Shown: positions 47,001 through 57,600, counted from the first letter of the stretch. The stretch: 64,000 nucleotides of DNA from an uncultured virus (IMG/VR IMGVR_UViG_3300028571_000020) (IMGVR_UViG_3300028571_000020), one strand, 5' to 3'. The notes: a model not told the origin generated them from the sequence alone. Made by a program: numbers and translations.

Positions 47001-48432
47001 AGGTCTGATTGAGATCTGGTCCCTTCGCGACAGGTCCAATCGTCCTAGATTCACGCTGGAAATCAACAAGGAAGACAGCTCAAACGTGGACGGCCACTCT
47101 GTGCATCAGCTGAAGGGCAAGGCCAACCGCACTCCCGGTCTCACCAGCATGTCTGGCGGCGACGTCAAGTTCGCTGACGAGGTCATCTTCTGGATCAACA
47201 CGTTCAAGAAGCTCCACATCAATCCGAAGGATGTGAGCGATTTCCACGCTTGCCGTATGGGAACCGATGAAGCTGGAGTGTCAGCCTCGGTCCAGCGGAC
47301 ATTCAATATGCCATGCCTAGCAGTCTCAGCTGCTGTCCGTGCACCAGACCGGCCATACCATGGTGGTATTGCAGCGAGGGACCTCATTCATCTACTCGAT
47401 GGTGAAGTGGACCATGCAATAGAGTCATGGGAATATGAGCACGATGAACCGCCAGATATGGGAGACTATGAGAGGTCCCACCTAGAGGACGAGTACCGCG
47501 CCGACGGGCAGTCTGAACTTGTCAAACTAGCTTGGAAGTTTGATGACTTGGTGTGGAAGAAGCTCATTGAGCTTGTTAAGAAAACCGTCGAGGCGGCAGA
47601 TGGAGACGACGACGATAAGTTGCGAGAAGCTTACGATGAATGCGAGTACATGTACTCGCAAAGCAGTTTCTCCTACTACGTGTATCAGGAACACAAGGGT
47701 AGTGGTGTAGGCATCTCGGATATCAGGTATGAGCCAAAAGCTTTCGAGATGGATGACATCGACAACCATCTAATCGATAAGGAACTAAAACAACTTGGTC
47801 ACGAACTGGAGAACGCGCTCTACAGCGAAGCTGCAACCATCGTTGACTTCTGGACAGGGAGCAATGCAGCCAGAGGGCCAGACCAAGATGACATTGTGTA
47901 CAAGTACTCAGGAACAAACGAGACGATTGCCGGAGCCTCCAGCAAGGGAATGTACGTCGCCAAGCTCACGCCCAAAGACCTCAGGGATGAGAGCCGAGAG
48001 ATGGGACACTGCATCGGTAACAGACAGCATGGTCACCCCCAGCTTCTGGAAGCCGGTAAGACGGAAGTCTATTCAATCAGGACGGAAGCTGGAAAGACCA
48101 AGTTCACCATCGAGAAGTCTCTCGAAGGCGGTGTCGTGTCCGAAGTCAAGGGCAAGGCCAATCGGCTTCCGGGTTACGAACCAAACAGTGGCACGATGAC
48201 GAAGCCAGACGAAGTCAGGCTCGTTGTGGAGTTCCTCATCAACCACCTGAACCTGACACCAAGCCAAGTGGAAGATACGAGGGACATCCGTGCTGGTGTG
48301 GCAGCACTGAAGGCTCAGGGCTACGACCCCTTCAGCCCGCCACCCAAGAAGGCACCAAGGCCAGTGAGAGACCCCAGACAGGCTCAGGCTGCCTGTTTGA
48401 TGGCCAAGACGGACTACGCTCGCCAGAGCTAA
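44047..48432 (+). CDS. Polyvalent protein: Zn-ribbon domain plus three acidic-domain/PcfJ-like units
   Basis: CRYC...CSETC; three L(K/R)(E/D)E..(L/M)..C(I/V)G...SIR/SLR...FT(I/L)E...KG(N/K)(S/A)NR.PG...DEV units. Confidence 0.85.
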   Translation: MSITISAGVIYNPEDPQHRSMLAKALKDKLGAAGFKLSTDRSRDPGRTYGQGYKGAEEVWVFQHKDDAGLEVQVFTSIVTNGEVRSKGADAIRVCLVYKNKAKQTGTENPDARQYDVGSGCRVYRSGDIDQIVERTVERAREMYRLATATDKCRYCNAPMVKSKQGKMFCSETCWLKKPTMSSFIDAASIGKHPDLFSEQDSDIIGDWRDLSEADLLDAAKNGLLSSDDIEEIQGLWSENADTVVEQEGLSQELAEAIVREPEVKSLGWKLNSLNEDFQEEAQAKRIKPFIDYWKSEGEFALESETSGDGLENYVDYFQQKMERGSSTLLTDKYIEEVRKELNTQYDQASLVTTEMLKEALADTDIYTATIHKDGYSGGFDKYLIGAVETSNGNASEELKEVMASMTADDFKKAISELEGESPYIRLSLRGKPQTAAEYVKAFTDYEVTIRITESEDWWISFDPNYDKLIKLLQPSVNEVEPEGAEDKIVHTYSGTNDTVAGASSKGMYVVALRVGQLKEEGKNLGICIGRDDMPYCRQLRDGEIRVYSIRTSSGKPKFTIEEDVEGPVISQVKGNSNRTPGFAADTSSFTKADEVRLVTEFLMTLGYSPEQIEKIRDMAPGIRAFKDSGQDPFAPPVIKKRGSQEGIAASFDMPMLASPAVLKLLGQVRPWGDELIVSADAEQDARIQPLVDMFKNIAKYHLEYVSTGDGSEHHLDDFIRELEGDGRLGDMSMAETRQLLRDRYGLADGGDPTAHAAEEEFDNSRLNEIDDDTLKELLSDSDLYDAVLAPFNGYTVRYGSFHTHAFSEDMSDFPEGNEEMMGALSSFEGEEDYKAFIKRLHDNQPFIDIPDAKTFNDLYGDVENSNSIEVKIDGSGYAAEYWLNLPKAFTVLRTHLGIIAQKDTERVAKEAAEAVDAVDYSKNEVVVTITKEQVKDWGITKGTMLEEAPWKIIKLRPSQLKEEGKVMKICVGQENMRYKEALKEGLIEIWSLRDRSNRPRFTLEINKEDSSNVDGHSVHQLKGKANRTPGLTSMSGGDVKFADEVIFWINTFKKLHINPKDVSDFHACRMGTDEAGVSASVQRTFNMPCLAVSAAVRAPDRPYHGGIAARDLIHLLDGEVDHAIESWEYEHDEPPDMGDYERSHLEDEYRADGQSELVKLAWKFDDLVWKKLIELVKKTVEAADGDDDDKLREAYDECEYMYSQSSFSYYVYQEHKGSGVGISDIRYEPKAFEMDDIDNHLIDKELKQLGHELENALYSEAATIVDFWTGSNAARGPDQDDIVYKYSGTNETIAGASSKGMYVAKLTPKDLRDESREMGHCIGNRQHGHPQLLEAGKTEVYSIRTEAGKTKFTIEKSLEGGVVSEVKGKANRLPGYEPNSGTMTKPDEVRLVVEFLINHLNLTPSQVEDTRDIRAGVAALKAQGYDPFSPPPKKAPRPVRDPRQAQAACLMAKTDYARQS

Positions 48433-48469
48433 GTCTGACCACGGACCGGCAGCTTTGACACTCTTCATC

Positions 48470-51049
48470 ATGAAGATCAAAGCTGCCGATCCGGGTCGGG
48501 TCATCCCGAAGAAGTTCTACGTAGCGATGCCCTTCGAGGCGGACCCGCAGGACCGGAACCACCACCTGCTTGAGGGTATCGCCAAAGGCGTGCTTGAGGG
48601 CATCCGTGGCATTTCCGACAAGGCAGAAATCATCATGCAGTGGTACGGCATCGCCAGAGATGCCGTACTCGCTATGGATGGCCCAGAGCTTGTGAAGCTC
48701 AACAACCTCAGCCGGGTGCAATACCACAACCCTGAGTACTTCCTCAGCAACAACATGGCTGCCCTTCGCCGCATCTTGGACTCGAAGGACGACAACTACT
48801 ACGCCAGACATGTAGCTGGTGTCGTGCTGGGCTACGTTTTGATGTACGTGAGGAATCCGGCGAAAGCCAAGTCTGGCGATGTGCCCGTTAAGGAGTTCGT
48901 CACCAAGTTCACCAAGCACACGATTGAGCTTCAGAAGGCATGGAAGAGCTTCCTGAACGAGACTGGTGACCACGCCACAGACCCACACGATGCCAAGCAG
49001 ATGTTCAGCAAGACCAGCCTGAGTGATTGGGACATCAAAGGTCTTCTGAAGATGTGTGATAAGATCTTTGAGAACATGGAGATGTTACTTGACCGCATTG
49101 GGCGTGACCAACTGGAGACCAAGTCTGTCGAGTACTACTTCCAAGAACTGGAGCAGACGGGATTCTTCAGTAATTTTGATGACGCATTCAAGCAATCGGA
49201 CGAAGCCATTGAATATGCAATGGCCTATGGGGACATCGATGCTGCTCGGCTATCTCACCTGATGGATGTTCTCGTCACCATCATCGAAGACATTCGAGGC
49301 ATGGCTGACCTTCGTGAAGAGCTACTGCAACTCACGAACAACTACGCCAAGATGTCACAGCTGGGGTACAAGCTTCAGGACTCAGGCGTCAGGGGCTTCT
49401 TCGAAGATACCTTCAGTAGCCCAGAAGCCAAGAAGGCACAGACGGTGAAAGCACTCGCCGCCGTGTTCTACGCCAAGGACAACGAGCGTAAGAGCAGGAA
49501 GCTAGACATTGACCTCTCTACGTGGGAGCAACTCATCCGTGGTGGGCTCCAGCGCCTTGGCAAAATCTACAGCAGCGAAGGCGAATGGATCGTCAAGGAC
49601 AAGAAGATTGTTGTCCCCAAGGGTTCAGTACTATTTGTCACCAAGACCGCTGACATCCCAGAAGATATCAAGCAGCGCTACGACGCCGGGGAAGCCACTG
49701 GTTTTGACCTCTTCATATGGCGAAGTGAGCTTGAAAAGAGGAAGCAGTATGAGGATGTTCTCAACAACTTGGGGCTCGCCAAGCGTTACCGCGTGGTGCG
49801 AATCGACAGGAAGAAGTTCGACGAAGCTCGAAGCAAATGGCATGTACGACCCAAGAAGGTCGCAGCCTCAGACAATGGGGGCGAAGAACGAGAGCCGCTT
49901 CCAGAAGACATGCTCGAAGCACTGAAGATGGTTGATGACGGCTACACCAACGAAGAGGAGACCTCTGAAGTAGAGAAGCGCCTTCAAGGATATCCGAAGG
50001 TCAAGATTGGTCTAATCGATAAGGTGCTTGACGACATGTTCATTGTCGACGACAAGATTGTCGAATACGATGACGGCTACGTGAAAATCAGGAGCCCCGA
50101 AGACTGGCTGGGAAACGAGGACCACCTGCGTGACCTTGTCTCCGATGCTCTTGCTGAGAAGTTCTCAGCCGATTTCATGGAGTATCCCGGTAAGCTGTAC
50201 CACGCCACTCCAAGCGAAAACGTCAAGTCAATCATGAAGAATGGGCTGAGAGCGGAGAGCAGAACCCGTGGACTGACGAACAGAAGTGTTGGTCACGCTA
50301 TCTTCACAACTGACGACCTAGACAACGTCAGCGACTCTTACGGAGACGCCGTGGTTGAGATTGATGCAGCTGCCATGAAGGCAGACGGCATCAAGTTCTC
50401 AGTGGAGATGGAGCCAGCTGTATTCGAGCTAGAAGCTTACGACATCATCGCTTCGTCGATTGGGCTCAACGAGCATGGCATTTCAACTGGTGGCGACGGC
50501 GCTGACGATCCTTCGACAGTCATCCTGCATGTCGGTAACGTCGACCCCAAGTACCTGAAAGTTGTTCGGAGCAGCGAAGTAGAAGACGATGAAGATGAGT
50601 CAGTCGACGCCTCCGTCAGCACGAGCGAAGTCCACTGGAAGGTCATCAGTCCAGACACCATGTACATTCCTCCAACGGACTTCCTGCGTCTCACAGCGAC
50701 TTCCCCTGACAGTTCGGCCATCAAGCAGAAGCGGGTGAAGGAATACGCTGACCTGATGAAGTCGGGTCAGGAGTTCGAGGTCCCGTCACTGGGTGTTCAG
50801 AAGTACCGCGACGGTGCAGCTGTGCAGTGGCATGATGGTCGCCATCGTGCATTGGCTGCACTCTCACTGGGAGTCAAGACCATTCCTGTTCAGATCGATG
50901 TAGACGGTGACGCCGAAGCTCCTGACATGCGGAAGCTCCTGTCAGGAGAACCAGTGACGTGGACGTCCCAGTACGCAGAAAATGCTGATGACAATGAAGA
51001 CTTCCCGAGCGACTCGGATGTCATGATTCGCAACATGAATGGCGGTTGA
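48470..51049 (+). CDS. Polyvalent protein: unknown domain X, ART/KptA-like domain, ParB-like domain
   Basis: KLYHATPSENVKSIMKNGL...AIFTT; HDGRHRALAALSLGVKTIPV. Start moved to ATG 48470. Confidence 0.8.
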   Translation: MKIKAADPGRVIPKKFYVAMPFEADPQDRNHHLLEGIAKGVLEGIRGISDKAEIIMQWYGIARDAVLAMDGPELVKLNNLSRVQYHNPEYFLSNNMAALRRILDSKDDNYYARHVAGVVLGYVLMYVRNPAKAKSGDVPVKEFVTKFTKHTIELQKAWKSFLNETGDHATDPHDAKQMFSKTSLSDWDIKGLLKMCDKIFENMEMLLDRIGRDQLETKSVEYYFQELEQTGFFSNFDDAFKQSDEAIEYAMAYGDIDAARLSHLMDVLVTIIEDIRGMADLREELLQLTNNYAKMSQLGYKLQDSGVRGFFEDTFSSPEAKKAQTVKALAAVFYAKDNERKSRKLDIDLSTWEQLIRGGLQRLGKIYSSEGEWIVKDKKIVVPKGSVLFVTKTADIPEDIKQRYDAGEATGFDLFIWRSELEKRKQYEDVLNNLGLAKRYRVVRIDRKKFDEARSKWHVRPKKVAASDNGGEEREPLPEDMLEALKMVDDGYTNEEETSEVEKRLQGYPKVKIGLIDKVLDDMFIVDDKIVEYDDGYVKIRSPEDWLGNEDHLRDLVSDALAEKFSADFMEYPGKLYHATPSENVKSIMKNGLRAESRTRGLTNRSVGHAIFTTDDLDNVSDSYGDAVVEIDAAAMKADGIKFSVEMEPAVFELEAYDIIASSIGLNEHGISTGGDGADDPSTVILHVGNVDPKYLKVVRSSEVEDDEDESVDASVSTSEVHWKVISPDTMYIPPTDFLRLTATSPDSSAIKQKRVKEYADLMKSGQEFEVPSLGVQKYRDGAAVQWHDGRHRALAALSLGVKTIPVQIDVDGDAEAPDMRKLLSGEPVTWTSQYAENADDNEDFPSDSDVMIRNMNGG

Positions 51050-54000
51050 CGTGGACTACACTGATGAACCAGCTACCGCAGTCGATATCGATTATGCTAT
51101 GGAGTTCGAAGAACAAAGGAGGTTCGCCTCGACAGACAAACTGGTTTGGTCCAAGACCAATGCATACCCAACCGACAAGCTCATGGCCGTCTTCAAAACG
51201 AAGAAAGAAGCCATTGACTGGATGGCTTCCGAGAAAGAACACAGCGAGCGTCCTGATGACTACTACGACAACATGGAGTCTTGGGTCAATAGCGGCGACG
51301 ACTTGGAGCAGATAATCGTAATAGAGAACAAGAGCGGTAAGGTCGTAGACATTTGGGATGGTTGGCATCGCTCGGCCATTGCCATCGCGAATGGTGTCAA
51401 GTCACTCCCAGCAATCATCGGCAGGCCCATGACAAAGATCAAAGCTGACAGCTTCACAGAAGCCGACATTCCTCGTGACTTCCGTGTCATGCTTCGCCTA
51501 CCCAATGACCACATCCTTGATGTAGGTGAGCAGCTTGCCAAGGGAGAGTTGAAGGGTATCACGGGGATTACAGACGCGGGGTCCGTGCTGCAGCTTCGCA
51601 TGTTGGGCCAGAACCGAAACGCCATGCTGGTGATGCCGGGTGCCGCTGTCGTCGCCGCAAACTCACTCAGCCGCGTGATGTACGACAACCCTGAGTACCT
51701 GATGTCCAAGGACATGTCGGCTGCCCAGCGCCTCTTGGGTGCCCGTCGTGACAAGGAATCCGTCATCCGCACCATCATCCAGAAGATGGAGAAGGCCAGC
51801 CCCGAGTTCATGGGCAGATGGAATGCCCTTGACGTGTTCCCAGCAGCCGCCATGGCAGGGATACAGCTGAATTCAGTGCGTGATTTCGCTGAATCCATGT
51901 ACGAGCTTTCCCTTTCGAAGGTCAAGGAAGCCATCGAGAGGAACAAACCGTACTCCGATGAGAAGTGGTTTGAAGAGCGCTTCGGCCCTTTCACCGACGT
52001 TGACCAGTACGTCGAGGCAACCCGACTCGGTCTTCTGACGTTCGGCAAGGACTTCGTTTGGGAGGGCGAGTGGATCGTCAAGGACAAGACGCTGAACATC
52101 CCTCATGGTTCGAAGCTCTACATCCTCAAGACGGGACCAAGGTCACAGGAAGCTAAAGCTATCGTTGACCAGCATGAACTCGATAAGAAGTACAAGGTCT
52201 TCTACGTCGACGAAGCGAAGATGAACAAAGCGTCTCACGGTCTGGGCGATAAAGCTGACAAACTCGTGTCAGAACGTTGGAAGGTCAAGGCTTCCGGGGG
52301 CGTGGCAATTCAGGTGGACAATAACTACAATAATTACGTCTCACATGCGTTGCGTGAATTCCGAGCAGCGGACTGGTTGGACGAAGACGGCCACTACTTC
52401 GACGGAATGCAGCAGGCGATCTGCGAGCAAGTGATCGACATGTTGAACGTGTTCGCAGACGAAGGACATTCAGGCTCGTCGGCAATGTACGCGATACAGT
52501 TATTTGAACAGCTGGCGAAATTCAAAGCAATTGCTCCACTCACTGGTGCTGACGATGAGTGGAATGAGGTCGGAGACGGGCTGCACCAGAACAATCGATT
52601 GTCGACTGTATTCAAGCAGCAACAACCGAACGGCGACTTCGAAGTTTACGACATCGAAGGAATAATTTGGTACGACGACGAGATACGCAATGATGGCACG
52701 TCATATAAGTCGTATTTCACAAACTCAGATTCAGCAGTACCAGTCGTCTTTCCGTACACACAGAAGACGATTGAGAAACCGGCGCGGGAACAGCCCAGCA
52801 ACAGATTCAGTGCGAACTTTTCTCAAGTCAGTTTTGCCGTACTCAGCAGCAAATGGCCAACTTTGGCTGAGGTCAGTAACCATGGGAAGAAGCTATCATC
52901 TCTTCCCATGTCAGCGAAGCTGACCATCGAGGCCGAGATTGCAGCCAGCTACCAGCCTCATCTCGTCCTGACCGCCGCTGAAGAAGACAAGACGTACAAG
53001 GCCCTATGGGTTGGTGGGCCACCGGGTCGGACCATGGTGAAACTCAAGAAGAAGCTCGAAGACGTTGGCATTGTCATCGTCCGCCAGTCGTTCAATGAAC
53101 GGAAGCTTCCACCTGTTGAAGGGTACGACCTCGTCCTGTTCAACGTCGACCTCCTGAGCCACAACGACTACTACGCAGTGAAGGACGCCACCAAAGAGGC
53201 AGAGGTGCCATTGGTATCGGCAAGCCTTTCGTGGTCCAAGATGTACACAAATCTAGTCGCATCTGGATTCGTGAAGGAAGCTGGCAAAGCCGTAGACCAG
53301 ACTTGGTATCACGGCTCCACCAAGCCCATCACGAACTTCACGAGTGAGTTCGTTGGCAAGGGTAACGACCAGATGGGTCCGGGTATCTACTTCACGTCAG
53401 ACCGCAAAGAATCACTGAACTACGGTCAGTCGATTGCCGAAGTGAAACTCAACTGGAAGAAGAAGCTTGACCCATACGCCGACGTGGACCAGAAGCTGCT
53501 GGACTTCCTGCTGGAGAAAATCCCAGACTGGGACGCGGAGAACGATGCCTTCTGGGGAGAACCAACGGCGGATGAAGCGAAGCGCAAGCTCCGCGAGACC
53601 CTTGTTGGAGGCAGCAATGTCTGGATGTTGAGCCAGCTTCAGGGCAGCACCATGTACTATGGTGGCAACCCGAAAGCCCTCATCGATAACGTCGTCGCGT
53701 TTGGCTACTCCGGTTTTGAGGTGCCGTCAGGCTCTACTCAGAACGAACCGAGCAGTCTCGAAACCAAATGGGCTGTGGTATTCGACCCATCGATCATTGA
53801 GAAGGGCAGCACCGTCAAGGCGTACCCAATGGCCGATGTGGTTACTCCAATGACGGACACACAGCTTCAGCCCATCGCGGCTGAGTCAAAGAAGGCCATC
53901 AAGAGCCTTGTCGACCCATTGCGCAGTGAGGTCAAGAACTTCATTGCTGGTGTGTTCTCCGAGACGACCCCTAGCCTCGACGCACACACGGACGAGCTAA

Positions 54001-54686
54001 CCCAAGCATTCCAAACCACTTGCGATATGCTGCCAAGATTCGTGCGTTTGTACCGCAACGAACTGGTAGGGCACAAGAAGACGGCTCGCAAGTTCCTGTC
54101 GTGGGCATTCACGCGTGACCTCGTCGAAGACTTCTCAGGCCGCGATAGGGAACTGAGGGAAGTCGTTGTACCACGCGAAGCCATCATCGCGGTGTTCGCC
54201 ATTGGCCATGGCAACTACATCGAAGCGCTGGTCAGCACCAAATACACTGAGCAGGATCGTAAACCAGCAGTTGACCGCACCGCCGACAAGGTCGGTAAGG
54301 CAGTCAAGCAGTATGCCAAAGACAACAGCCTTGCCAGCAATATCGAGAACAACGTTGCAGTTGCTTACGCGTTGACTGCAATGCGTAACCTGCTTCCGGG
54401 TGTGAAGATCATTGGAATCACGAACATTGACGGTGACCCAGAGCTTCTGCATGTGGGCGCTCTACTTGACGGTCAGGTGATCGACATTGATGGTGCCCAC
54501 CAAGGTGAGAGCAGCTGGGTGGATGAATGGTCTGCCGCCCATGGCGTTGCTGGGGATACCAAGCAAGCTGATATCATGGAGATGAGCGCCAGAGACATCG
54601 AACCAGACATCAACATGTATCGGTCGAAGACCGACAAGATGACAGCTGACCTTGAACCAATCATCCGTGCCGTGAGGTCATCCTGA
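51039..54686 (+). CDS. Polyvalent protein: ParB-like, domain X, conserved phage-type domain, DUF2325-like, ART-like domains
   Basis: WDGWHRSAIA; EGHSGSSA...APLTGADDEW; LWVGG...DLVLFNVDLLSH; WYHGS...MGPGIYFTSD; RLYR...FLSWAF. Confidence 0.8.
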   Translation: MAVDVDYTDEPATAVDIDYAMEFEEQRRFASTDKLVWSKTNAYPTDKLMAVFKTKKEAIDWMASEKEHSERPDDYYDNMESWVNSGDDLEQIIVIENKSGKVVDIWDGWHRSAIAIANGVKSLPAIIGRPMTKIKADSFTEADIPRDFRVMLRLPNDHILDVGEQLAKGELKGITGITDAGSVLQLRMLGQNRNAMLVMPGAAVVAANSLSRVMYDNPEYLMSKDMSAAQRLLGARRDKESVIRTIIQKMEKASPEFMGRWNALDVFPAAAMAGIQLNSVRDFAESMYELSLSKVKEAIERNKPYSDEKWFEERFGPFTDVDQYVEATRLGLLTFGKDFVWEGEWIVKDKTLNIPHGSKLYILKTGPRSQEAKAIVDQHELDKKYKVFYVDEAKMNKASHGLGDKADKLVSERWKVKASGGVAIQVDNNYNNYVSHALREFRAADWLDEDGHYFDGMQQAICEQVIDMLNVFADEGHSGSSAMYAIQLFEQLAKFKAIAPLTGADDEWNEVGDGLHQNNRLSTVFKQQQPNGDFEVYDIEGIIWYDDEIRNDGTSYKSYFTNSDSAVPVVFPYTQKTIEKPAREQPSNRFSANFSQVSFAVLSSKWPTLAEVSNHGKKLSSLPMSAKLTIEAEIAASYQPHLVLTAAEEDKTYKALWVGGPPGRTMVKLKKKLEDVGIVIVRQSFNERKLPPVEGYDLVLFNVDLLSHNDYYAVKDATKEAEVPLVSASLSWSKMYTNLVASGFVKEAGKAVDQTWYHGSTKPITNFTSEFVGKGNDQMGPGIYFTSDRKESLNYGQSIAEVKLNWKKKLDPYADVDQKLLDFLLEKIPDWDAENDAFWGEPTADEAKRKLRETLVGGSNVWMLSQLQGSTMYYGGNPKALIDNVVAFGYSGFEVPSGSTQNEPSSLETKWAVVFDPSIIEKGSTVKAYPMADVVTPMTDTQLQPIAAESKKAIKSLVDPLRSEVKNFIAGVFSETTPSLDAHTDELTQAFQTTCDMLPRFVRLYRNELVGHKKTARKFLSWAFTRDLVEDFSGRDRELREVVVPREAIIAVFAIGHGNYIEALVSTKYTEQDRKPAVDRTADKVGKAVKQYAKDNSLASNIENNVAVAYALTAMRNLLPGVKIIGITNIDGDPELLHVGALLDGQVIDIDGAHQGESSWVDEWSAAHGVAGDTKQADIMEMSARDIEPDINMYRSKTDKMTADLEPIIRAVRSS

Positions 54687-54689
54687 ATC

Positions 54690-57600
54690 ATGACTACCAT
54701 CAGTGAACTTCTCAAGCGGGCAGCCAACACCATTGCAGCTGCCCACAAGCAACTGTCCGCGAACAACCTCAAGGAAGTCCACTCAGCCCTGTTTGCGGGG
54801 CTGGAGAAGTACTCCGGTCAGGACAAGTACGTCCACTTCTCGAACATCAACAAGATCGGTATCAACCCGAACAAGTCGCACAAGGACCCGCACGGCATCT
54901 ACTTCTACCCACTCCAATACCTGTTGGACAATGGGGTGGACCGTGGGCAGTACGCCATTGATTTCAAGTACGCCTTCATCGTCGACATCGATAAGAACGA
55001 CAACGGTTTTGTTCTGCAGGACATGACGAACGACGATGTGGCAACTATTGCAGGTGACAACGGTTGGACTGCTCCAACTGAGTCTGACTTTCCGGGCTCG
55101 AACTTCTTCAAGACATGCGACAAGCTGGCCAACTCCAAGGGAGGACCAAGCTGGTCCAAGCTCCTGCGTGGAATCGATTGGCTGGAGGACAAAGGTGAGT
55201 CCATCATCGCTGGCGACGAACCTGCTCAGATGATTGTCCTGAACGCAAAGCTGATTCGAGTTGTCGAGTTAATCGACAACAAGAGGGACCTGTTCGGTGC
55301 CGCCAAGTCCGTCATTGACCCAATCGTTGAGGAGTTCAGTGGCTCGAAGCTTTCGATCAAGAAGGTCAAGAACAAGTACGGAACCAACAACGTCGAGATG
55401 ACTTCAACCTTCAAGGACTTCACAGTCAAGTTCTCCTTTGAGGATAGCACGAGTGCGAGTGACAACCTGCGTGTCACTGTCACCTCCAGCGATGGGGATG
55501 ACGTTACGCTTGTGGACATGGGTCGAGGGCAAGAGACTTCGATTGCTGCGCTACGCGATATCCTGCAGCACCACGATCGTGCTGCAACAGTCAGTGCCAG
55601 CCGTACCGCCGCCGCACCCATGACGATGTTCCACGGCACAGCCTCAGGTCCGAACAACAGCCGCCTGCGCTCCATCCTGAAGCACGGCTTGGTTCCCACC
55701 GCTCCGAAGGCATGGGCTGATGACCCAGACGCAAAGCAAGCAGGTCGGCGGTCCAGAGCCTCGTACGGTGGAACGTACTTCTCCTCAAATCTACGGACGG
55801 CACTTCAGTCTGGTCACCACTCAAGAGGGAATGACAAGTCGCAGTACCCAATCGTTATCACGGCAACCATCCAGCCTCGTGCTGCTTTGCCTGACGAAGA
55901 CGACTACACCTTCAACGTCGACCACGCCTACCACTACGCCGTCAAAACGGTCGACCACCCTCATACGGATGGCTACTATTACCTGTGCCTTTTCTTGGAC
56001 GGTTTCGACAACAGCAAGCTGAAGGAAGCACAGCAGCGCTTCGCCGAGAACATTGCTGGTATGTTGAAGAGCCACGGCGTCAGCCTTGAGATGCCAAGGC
56101 TCATGAAATTCACTGAACCACTGTTCGAGGCAGAGGTCGTACGTCGCGTCTCCAACCAGCCCAACGACTGGTACGGCTTCAAGCAGACCGTTCTAGGTAG
56201 AGCGCTTGGCTTCTACAAACATGACAAACAAACTCCAATGGAGGAGGACCAGCTTCCAGAGAGTCTACGCCAGCCGCCGTCTCGTGACGAAGGTGAGACC
56301 AAGTTCCGGTCAGCGCTGGATGCACTGACCAAAGCCACACGTCGTCTGGCCATTGGTCTGGAGACTCACGGCGAAGATGCACAGCAGCGATTCCGGCACG
56401 CACTCAGAGTCATGGAACCCGTGACGTACGGTGGCAGGAATCGAATCACCAGCGTTGCGTCACTACCGAACTACTACTCGCGAAATGCGACGGAACGCGA
56501 GACGGTAACCGTTGTGTCTCACTTCGGCGACCCGTCAGCAATCGTCAAGCAGCTTCAGGAAGCTGGCTACGAAGTTGACGTTGTGAAGCCAAACCAGAAG
56601 GTAGTGAGCGCTGCTGACGACTATAACGAAACTGGGATGCTGGACCTCCTGAAACCAATGGGGCAGTCAAAATCCATTGGTGTGGAGAAAGGGTCAACGA
56701 AGAAGGACGGCATCTCGGTATTCAAGAATCCAAACGGCAGCGTCAGGTATGTGGCGTCTAAAGATGGCGTGAACGTGGCCGTTCTCCAGTTGATGGTTCT
56801 GGATGGTTCAGCAACCGCTACCAACTCCTATACAGCACCAGAGCATCGACGCACTGGTCTCGCTACACAGCTGTTTGAGCGAGCCAAGAAGGACTATCCA
56901 AACCTCGTTCTATCCGATGACAGAACTGGCGACGGGATAGCTTGGACGAAGTCTCTAGATGCTGCTTCAAACTCTGGCGACCTCTTCGAGGTGAAGACCA
57001 ACTTCCCTGAAGCGGATATGTGGCTTATTCGTAAGGGAACACCCGACAAGGTAGGTTCCGTCACCAAGACGTTTTCACCCGAGCACATTGGTATCAAGGT
57101 CAAGGATACGAACGTCATCCTACCGAGCTACCTGTATTACGTGTTGATGCACCTGCATTCCACTGGCCTGTTCAAGAAGCAGGCAACTGGTTCAACTCGA
57201 CTACAGAACATCACAACCACAATGGTGAAGGAAGCACTCGGTCTACTCAGCCCGAGGATTGTTCAGTCGTCGATCTCAGCAGCTGCCTTCACTGACGAGA
57301 CAGGCAAGTTCTGGGGAGCGCAGGGCGCCGGTGCGATCTTCCTCGCCGCCGACACAGGCCGTATCCTGCTTCAGCACCGTAGCCCTTACGTCAACGAGCC
57401 CAACACATGGGGTACCATTGGTGGAGCTATCGACGCAGGAGAAGACCCGCAAGAGGCCATGAAGCGTGAAGCCGAAGAAGAGACCGGCTACCATGGCGAG
57501 ATGAAGGTGGACCCCATCTTCGTCTTCAAGAGCGGCAAGTTCCAGTACCACAACTTCGTCGTGACGGTACCAAAGGAGTTCGACCCCAAGGACAGCTGGG

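Noticed and set aside
51030..51049. Frameshift fusion of the 48470 and 51039 proteins
   Set aside because: The downstream frame has TGA immediately before its ATG and there is no slippery run; ordinary overlap is sufficient.
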